64,000 nt of DNA from a virus. Below are positions 57,335 to 64,000 of the stretch, in pieces. The notes under the pieces were generated by a model. It was given only the letters and a program-made list of their open reading frames with translations. It did no database searches and had not been told where the DNA came from. The stretch lies in the IMG/VR virus record IMGVR_UViG_3300050343_000255, positions 1 to 64,000 of that record; one strand, given 5' to 3'. The stretch's first letter is position 1; the number at the start of each line of letters is the position of its first letter. Made by a program: the position numbers and the translations under genes.

Positions 57335-58083
57335 ATGGCACAGATATCCGTAGAGAGTTTCAAGAACTTTTTTAAATTTTACGAAGGTGAAGCACATCAA
57401 CAACTTGCTGTTGAAAAGCTATATAAGTTAATTCCGTTAGATGCATTAGAAAATAATTGTGAATGGATTCTTCAGTATCGTGATCAACTGAAAGATCAAA
57501 CGGTAGAAACAAAGCAGTGGCCCATCACTAAAGTGCAAATGGGACTAATCATGAACTGTAGTACTGAAAGTCTTCCTGACTCACTGATGGATGACTTTGC
57601 TAGATGCGTAGATCTATATCAAATGGATCGTTTGAGCATTGCATATTTCTTAGGTCAATGCGGTCATGAGTCAGCAGGACTCAGATATCCAGTAGAAATT
57701 GCATCAGGTAAAATTACGAGGGAAGAGATGATTTAAATAATATTTATCGAGGTGATGGCGTCAAGTTTGCTGGAACTGGTTGGATTGCAAGTTACTGGCA
57801 GATATTGGCATCAGCAGTACAGTCAGACTATCTTCAGAAGAGTGAATTTGACGATAAAATTATGGAAGTTGGAAAGACATATACAAGTGAAAAATATCCG
57901 TGGTCAATTAGTGGATACTGGTGGCATGAAATAATATGAATGATTTTTGCAAAATAAAACCACCCGTTGATCAAGTAGGTCAACGAGTGAATGGTAAGTA
58001 TTTACCTAACGGATATGAAGACAGACGTCGTATATTCTAAAAAAGCTTTTGAAGTATTAGGTTTACCATATCCTGGTAATTAG
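57335..58083 (+). CDS. GH19-family endolysin (several apparent frameshifts)
   Basis: FLGQCGHESAG..E, DG.KF.G.G.LQVTGR, RVNG motifs across frames. Confidence 0.7.
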
Positions 58084-58151
58084 TCAAAAGTTACTTCGTC
58101 GCCTCTATCTAAATACCGGCACCACTGCCACAACAATGATTATCTTCAATC

Positions 58152-58624
58152 TCAGGAGTCTTCTGATTTCTCTGGAGCTTCTAGGTGTAACGGTGGCTCC
58201 CACTCTGAATAAGAAGCTGATGTAATATATGCAGCTAATTCTTCAGTCGTTGTTGTTGCACTGATGGCTTCACGTTTGGTGTCACAGTAAGTACGAATCT
58301 CACCACGACGATCAAGAACATCTTGAGGAACTGCTACTTCTGTTTCTTGCTTACGAATGACATACCAATCGCTAGGAGCAAGCAATGTATATGCAGTTTG
58401 ATTGGTGTTATTAATCCAAAGAGTAACTAGATCTTCGTGATCTTTCGGAAGCTCTGGACCCCAGTAGAAGCGTTGGTCATACCAAGGAGCATCAGCAACT
58501 TCTGTAATTCCAATGGCTGTTTTTTCTTCAAGTGAAGCCAATCGTAGCCAATTAGCTGGATACTGAATTCATTATGTGTGAATGCACGATCGTAAGATAG
58601 TGGACGTCCGTCTAAGATAAGCAT
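58152..58624 (-). CDS. Tail fibre assembly chaperone (frameshifted)
   Basis: YPANWLRL..YDQRFYW..LLAPSDWYVIR. Confidence 0.65.
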
Positions 58625-58669
58625 GACAATTTCTCTGATGTTACTATTTTAGCTATTTAAATTGATTAA

Positions 58670-61600
58670 TTAGTTACGTGCACGTGCAGTTTTGAAGGGG
58701 TTAGAAGCAAAAGCGATATATATGTAAGTATTTCCACTGCCATTGTTTCGGCTTGTAGAGCTACGTAACTTAAATCCATTGCTTAAAATATCATACACTA
58801 TTAATTGGTGACACTATCAAACTCAGCGTCACTGGTATGTGGCTGAAGAAGTTTAGAAACACGTTGTCAGGATCACGAATCATTCACTGTCGTGAAGCAT
58901 CCACATCTCAGTCGTATTGGTGCATCTCAAAAGCAAGAATGCAACTTTAAACCCGGTATACACAAACGGACCATCAGTAGGATCCATTTCCAACGTACGA
59001 ACCCATTGCGCTATAGCCTTCGACAGGTGAGAAGCAGTAGGCGATGTTAAATCACCTATGTATCCGTTACTACTTGGAGTCCATGCAGAATCGGTACCAT
59101 TTAACTTAACGTTTGTGGTTGAAGCTAAAGAACTATGTTTAACCATCCATCCTGTGAGTGACACAGCACTTCTGCTTTTTGTAATAACCATTCCAGGTGT
59201 AGCATTCAATCCGTGCGCAACTGTTGCCGTTGTATTTGTACCGGTATAAGTGCAAATACTGAACCCAGCACTTGGGTTGGCACGTACTGTTGATGCGATG
59301 CTTGGGACGTTGGGTACTGATACGCCGGAGTCAACTAAAGTTTTTCCTGCTACTCTAATTCCATAAATTAAAATTCCAGCCGAACCTAAGCCCGCCGAAC
59401 TATCGTGTGAAGATCCACCAAATTGAATTTCATTTATATCAGCAAATGATCCACAATTTATCCAACCACGAGATGATGGTGTATCCGATGCTTTTGTTCC
59501 GTTTACATAAACATCATAAACACCACTAGAACTCCAACAATTTATTTCAAGAGTTCCGGAAAGTGTATAGCTTGTTGTATCCCAGGTGACGTACTGACCA
59601 CCTGCATTATTATTAATATTGTTATCAAAATTGGCATCAAAGCCATAGGATGGAGGTTGAGCCCCGAAGCCGTTTCCAGAAGCAGTCCAGTTATTACTCC
59701 ACGTCTGACTCTGGTCATACAACGAGCTATTTAAACTACCAGCAGCAATCGTTGTGTTGGAAGATCCGGCGTCCCACGCCCATGCTACGTGAGCTTCTCC
59801 AGAAGGATAGTTTGTGCTATTTTGCCCTATATCATCGCCTAATGTAAATCCGTTCGAGTCAAAAGAATTAAATGTACCTGTACCATAACCAGAACCTGAT
59901 GTTGTGTGCTCAGCGTTTGTTCTGTTAGAGGATAGAAATTGATTTGCTCCCCGAACAACATCAAACAATCCGTGCATTTGTGCAGACGACCGATTCTTAA
60001 TCCATACAAACGATGGAGAAAACTTGTAACCTGTTACTGACAAGCTTGATGAGTTACTTGTATATAACTTCGTATCAAAATACTGACTGCCATCCGCAAT
60101 CGTTGGCTCAGGTAAGTTCGCTGTGCAAAGTGACTTGAATCCTGAAATGTTGTTGCTATAGGCAAACGGTCTTTGTCCCCAATTTGAATGTATTTTTTCG
60201 GCGGCCGAAATTCCAACTGCAAAAACGTACGTCCCGGTCAATCCTGTAAAGGCCGCATTGCTTCCCGAATCAGGGTCGCCTGAAGCAAACCATGTTCCAT
60301 TCTTGCCCCACCAGATCTTGCCGTTATCTAAATCAACAGCCATCATTATTTTGTCGTTTAGCGACATCCCAGACCCGTAGCTAGCGTCACTGCTATTCGT
60401 CCGTTTTGCCCCGCTAAAGCAATTTAAAGCATAACTATTAGCAGTCATGCCGACAAAATTATTACTAAAACTTGCAGGATTAAATTGATCGTTGTCTTCC
60501 GGCACCTTTTGGATGCCGATCATCAAACCACCGTTTTGGCTACCAACTGTGTCAAATTCTGCGTACCATTTACCTGAAAACACTGCCATGGTTGATGCAA
60601 TGTTTCTCCAGCCACTTGACCCAGAGCCACTATGAGTGACAGTTAAATTTGCTTGTGAAAAAGTCGGACCTGTAGTTGATAATGGATTCCAAGTGCAGTA
60701 GTTACCAACAACCTCACCGCCCGCTCCAGTGTCTGTCTGCGTGCCATTGGTTGGGGAGTCAACTAGGGAGTCAATTTCTGCGGGATCAGCAACACCATAA
60801 GACGCAATAGTCACTGCGCTTGACATCTGGGTGTATTGAATGAAGCCAAAATAAAGATCACCCGTAGAAGGTAGGGAAAAGGAAGGAGTAGAACTTGTGT
60901 TAGTTGGGTTTCCACCTCCTACCCAAGAGCTTCCATTATGAGTAACCCATGCCTTATGATTCTTTCTATCAATAACCCAGGTAAGGGTGTCAGTTCCTTC
61001 GGGGTTTGTATCACTAAAACCAGTAATACTTCCGCTGCCGTCTGCAACACCATTAGCAGTCGAAAAAGAGCCAATAGTGCCTAAGCTAGCTGTCCCTCCT
61101 CGCTGTCCGATACTATTTGTGCCGCGCCCTTCATTTGGGTGACTACCACTAAGACTAGTGCTGTTGGAGTCGCAAATAAACCAACCACCATTAGTGTCGC
61201 CGCCAGTCCAATATGTCGTAAAGCCATAAACTTTGTTGGTCTGCAGAAGACCACTAAATACGTCGGCATAACCAGCTGCACTCATGGAGGCTGAACCACC
61301 TCCACTGGCTATCGTCCATTCTGAATCGCCTGAAGTCCAAACTGTGCTGCTGTCAGCAATGCCTGCACCAACAGAAAGATTATTAACAGTCCACGTATTG
61401 CTGTTGCCACTTGTGTCCGTACCAAGCGCAGCGTTTGAACTGTTGTCCGCAAAGTCGAGGTGAAAACCGTTTACGCCTGGAGCGAATACAGCTGGTGTGC
61501 CAGTTGGGCTTGCAAACGTACTTCCGTTAGTAGAAAACTGTAAATTTCCGAGAGCCCAACCATCACTCGCAGATACAATCTCAAATGATGTGATATTTGT

Positions 61601-62572
61601 AGAACTGATTGTTTCAGTTCTTACTGCATAACTACTGTTTGTAGTTAAACCAGAATGAGTGACAGTACCATTAACTTTAATATCAAAAACTGCATTTACG
61701 CTATATCCACCACCATTGAACTTTATGTGAGTTACGTTGCTAATAGCCGGTGAAAACTCTACTTTAATTGAACCCGACCCAGTGTTGCTAGTAGAACTAA
61801 ATACGCCAGAGCTACTGTTTATGCCAGCAACAGTTCCGTATACTCCTGTTGAGCTTGTATATACAGCTGGGTATGTAATAGTTGGAGTATAGTTATAGCT
61901 ACCATTAAACTTCTTCGGCTGCCACACACCGTTGTCATCAGTCTCACCAAAATCTGTTGCTGCTAATGCTTGACCATCGATGAAATGTACGTCAGCTAGA
62001 TAAGCATCAAGATATTCAGAATAAGTTGGAATACGCCCAATACTATTTACGACTCCAGACAAATTTACAAGAGTGTCAGTATTTTGTGCTGCTATCGTTG
62101 CACTGCCAGTTCCACCAGCATCGACTTGATTTGTCAATTCACTATTAACATATATCTTGACGCGTTCGGCTGCTGCTGACTTCGTAAAATCTACAGAGAG
62201 TACTAAATGGTACCAAGCTGCGGGATCTCTTATAAATCTTTCGGTGTAAATATCAGTAATTGTACCGCCGTCATACATCTGAAAACAAAGTTTATAGGAT
62301 CTTGATGCTGTGGGATCATCACCCATAAATCTAAATTCTGCATACTTAGACCCATCATCAGCGGAAAAAAGAGCTTGGTCGTTTTTGTCAATATTTGCAA
62401 ATTTTACCCATCCACTCCAAGTCCACGTCTTGCGATTACCTGTAGAACTTGGGGTTCTATTTAAGTACGCAGAATCACCTGAGTTAAACCTAAGACTACG
62501 TTCGATCTCGTAGCCACCTGCGCCTCCTTGTCCAGAGGCACCAGCGAGTATATTGCTTCCTACGAAACTCAT
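58670..62572 (-). CDS. Tail fibre/receptor-binding protein with LamG- and SPRY-like domains (frameshifts near C-terminus)
   Basis: IERSLRFNSGDS, TWTWSGWVK, GFHLDF, SGKWYAEF, C-terminal YIYIAFA. Confidence 0.8.
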
Positions 62573-63288
62573 GAGTAATTAAGGGTAGCGACGGCTTGAA
62601 TAGAGGTAGAGCTACGTACGATGTAATCGATACGATCTACCTGACTAGCTCCGGTTGAAAGTGTGGGTGCAGTTCCGCCTGCCCAATCCCAATAGGAGCC
62701 CCAACTTGCTGTACGACTTCCTGTTCCATCCTGTGTAATAAAGATTGAACCTGATTGTCCAGCTGTGATATTTGTTGGGTTAGCAATCGTCCGATTGCCT
62801 GCCAGAACTACAACGTAGTTATTTGAATCATTTAGATCTGGGGTAATTGTTGCTCCGTCTGTAAGAGTTGTAATCTCTGCACGTTGTCCTGCAGTCCAAG
62901 TATTTGCAACTGATAGGGATACACCACCAGCAGGGCTACTCCAGGAGAGTACGCCACTACCATTAGTAGTTAGGAACTGACTATTAGTACCTGTGTTATT
63001 CGGGAGAGTTAGTGTATAACTTGCCGCCGCACTATGTGGGGGACCTTTAATCTTTACACCGTGTGAGTTGTTTTCACAATTTAGTGTAATTTGACCGGAG
63101 CCATTTGTTGCATCGCCTTTCGCTACAATCTCTCCATCAAAGTTGACGTCTCCAGTAAATGTAGCTCCTGCAAGCAGTGCGTAGTTACTCAAGCTTCCAC
63201 CTGCTGTAATAGCAGATACCGTCAGTTCTACATCACTTCCACTGTTGTCATAAACTAAGGTATCAACTTTAATTTTCCCGTAAGCCAT
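62569..63288 (-). CDS. Tail fibre-related protein
   Basis: LNCENNSHGVKIKGPPHSA..YTLTLP; QDGTGSRT motifs. Confidence 0.75.
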   Translation of the reverse strand: MAYGKIKVDTLVYDNSGSDVELTVSAITAGGSLSNYALLAGATFTGDVNFDGEIVAKGDATNGSGQITLNCENNSHGVKIKGPPHSAAASYTLTLPNNTGTNSQFLTTNGSGVLSWSSPAGGVSLSVANTWTAGQRAEITTLTDGATITPDLNDSNNYVVVLAGNRTIANPTNITAGQSGSIFITQDGTGSRTASWGSYWDWAGGTAPTLSTGASQVDRIDYIVRSSTSIQAVATLNYS

Positions 63289-63356
63289 AATTAAATACTA
63301 GGCATCAATTCTCTAAACCTATTGTAGTAGATATTGGTCCTTACTCTACTTATTAA

Positions 63357-63862
63357 CTAAGAAGGATTAGTAGGCCAAGTAATAGTGTGTGGAAAACCTT
63401 CTGCAGTGGGTACGTCACGTAATGCCTGGCGATATGTAACCCAAGTTGCCTTAACAGAATCAGACAGTGGGCAATCAGCTAATTGTGTCCAATCAGATTC
63501 AGCAATGAGCCTGTCTCGTTGAGCACGTACAGACGTTGCAGCTTCTGCATCAATACGTGCTTTGTATGCAACTTCGTTAGCTGCTGCTGTGGTTACAGCA
63601 CCTTCGTCATCTGTAGTGTCGGTAAAAACTGGACCAGCGATGAACTTGGTAAACCACTTGCCATCAACCTCTTCAATACCGTCACGAATACTGACGCCAT
63701 AAGGGCCGTGACAGTTGCTGCTGGACCGTTTAGTACAGCGTCATAGCCAAAGCTATTTAAGACTTCTATCGTGATCTGTTTCGGAAAGCTGGTAGTGGGG
63801 TGTTCAGACTTGAACTGGCTGACAGTAGTGACAGCGCCTGTGGAGCGGTTGCGGATTTCCAT
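63357..63862 (-). CDS. Tail fibre assembly chaperone (frameshifted)
   Basis: R.QRDRLIAESDWTQ..W.TYRQALRDVP..GFP...WP read by hand. Confidence 0.7.
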
Positions 63863-63868
63863 GATTAA

Positions 63869-64000
63869 TTAAGCGATTGCGAGGAATAAGTAGGTGCCGC
63901 CACTAGCGTTAATGTCGGCAGAATTGCTGTTAGCAATAAAACCTGAGGAAAGTGGATCAATATAATCAGTGTTTGTTACTTGTGATTCAGCATGGTTTAC
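63869..64000 (-). CDS. C-terminus of a tail fibre protein (partial)
   Basis: ...DYIDPLSSGF...INASGGTYLFLAIA*. Confidence 0.65.
   Translation of the reverse strand, partial: VNHAESQVTNTDYIDPLSSGFIANSNSADINASGGTYLFLAIA

Overview
A 64-kb piece of a tailed dsDNA cyanophage genome, probably infecting marine Synechococcus (psbA, hli, talC, petF, an NblA-like gene and a cyanobacterial tRNA-Pro attP). Layout: (i) 1-13.3 kb, minus-strand packaging/virion block (portal candidate, terminase, many Gly/Ala-rich putative internal/ejection proteins); (ii) 13.3-13.9 kb, non-coding strand-switch region, possibly the physical genome end; (iii) 13.9-33 kb, plus-strand early and auxiliary metabolic genes punctuated by about 16 copies of a fixed-geometry hairpin element (CGY-N6-RCG-N13-RTGYYC); (iv) 33-48 kb, nucleotide metabolism and replication (infA, MazG-like, class I RNR, thyX, SSB-like, PD-(D/E)XK exonuclease, primase-VirE helicase, a split T7-like PolA), containing four apparently catalytically dead enzymes close together; (v) 48-58 kb, LysM protein, glutamine-II riboswitch, kinase, NblA-like, SET domain, holin, excisionase/integrase/attP, small basic proteins and GH19 endolysin; (vi) 58-64 kb, tail fibres. 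Many conserved genes carry homopolymer-type frameshifts that are most likely long-read sequencing errors. All protein calls come from motif recognition by eye, not database searches. Top leads: the hairpin element family and its mini-gene cassette array, the pseudoenzyme cluster, and a triplicated ~125-bp origin-like element.
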